Assembly: GCA_965644315.1 (NCBI GenBank)
Contig: CBFFRQ010000020.1
Coordinates: 186,001 to 250,000, forward strand
Length of the DNA: 64,000 nucleotides
Reading direction: 5' to 3'
From: Caecitellus pseudoparvulus
Taxonomy: Eukaryota; Protista; Bigyra: Bicosoecida
A program made the position numbers and the translations under genes. The notes below the pieces were generated by a model that searched no databases, was not told the DNA's origin, and was given only the letters and a program-made list of their open reading frames with translations. Of the stretch, positions 63,999 through 64,000 are shown in pieces. Numbering within the stretch: position 1 is the stretch's first letter; every line of letters starts with the position of its first letter.

Positions 63999-64000
63999 AC

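Noticed and set aside
44365-63895. Short ORFs on both strands overlapping the unique and duplicated regions
   Set aside because: All are nested within the long minus-strand ORF and are Pro-rich shadows or off-frame reads without recognisable motifs.
32238-63965. Assignment as mycobacterial PE-PGRS, ice-nucleation protein, collagen or autotransporter adhesin
   Set aside because: It lacks the GGAGG/GGNGG PGRS pattern, the AGYGSTxTA INP repeat, Gly-X-Y triplets and any visible beta-barrel or YadA anchor. Only the composition is similar.

Overview
The whole 64-kb window lies inside one enormous, apparently intron-free, minus-strand coding sequence. It is open at both window edges, so it encodes at least ~21,300 codons, and it is broken only at two sites (~12586-12602 and ~32260-32266) whose +2 insertions look like consensus errors. 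The protein is Gly/Ser/Ala/Val/Thr-rich and is built almost entirely of ~15-residue 'G-x-hydrophobic-x-hydrophobic-x-[ST]-G-x4-G-x-[SA]' strand/turn repeats. From N- to C-terminus it has four parts. (i) An N-proximal region of ~5.3-kb periods holding two intact peptidase S74/ICA (intramolecular chaperone auto-processing) domains with the S-D-x-R-x-K dyad motif, plus a probable third, degenerate copy. (ii) About 7.5 kb of diverged repeats. (iii) A 40.8-kb homogenised tandem array of ~93 units of 459 or 369 bp (153/123 aa). (iv) Diverged repeats passing into a non-repeat segment at the left edge. My best interpretation is a titin-scale, self-cleaving, trimeric beta-helical fibre polyprotein, probably eukaryotic (the ICA resembles the MYRF type; the host cannot be proven from this window). 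The long plus-strand Pro/Thr-rich ORFs are antisense shadows. I saw no RNA genes, CRISPR arrays, mobile elements or intergenic DNA.
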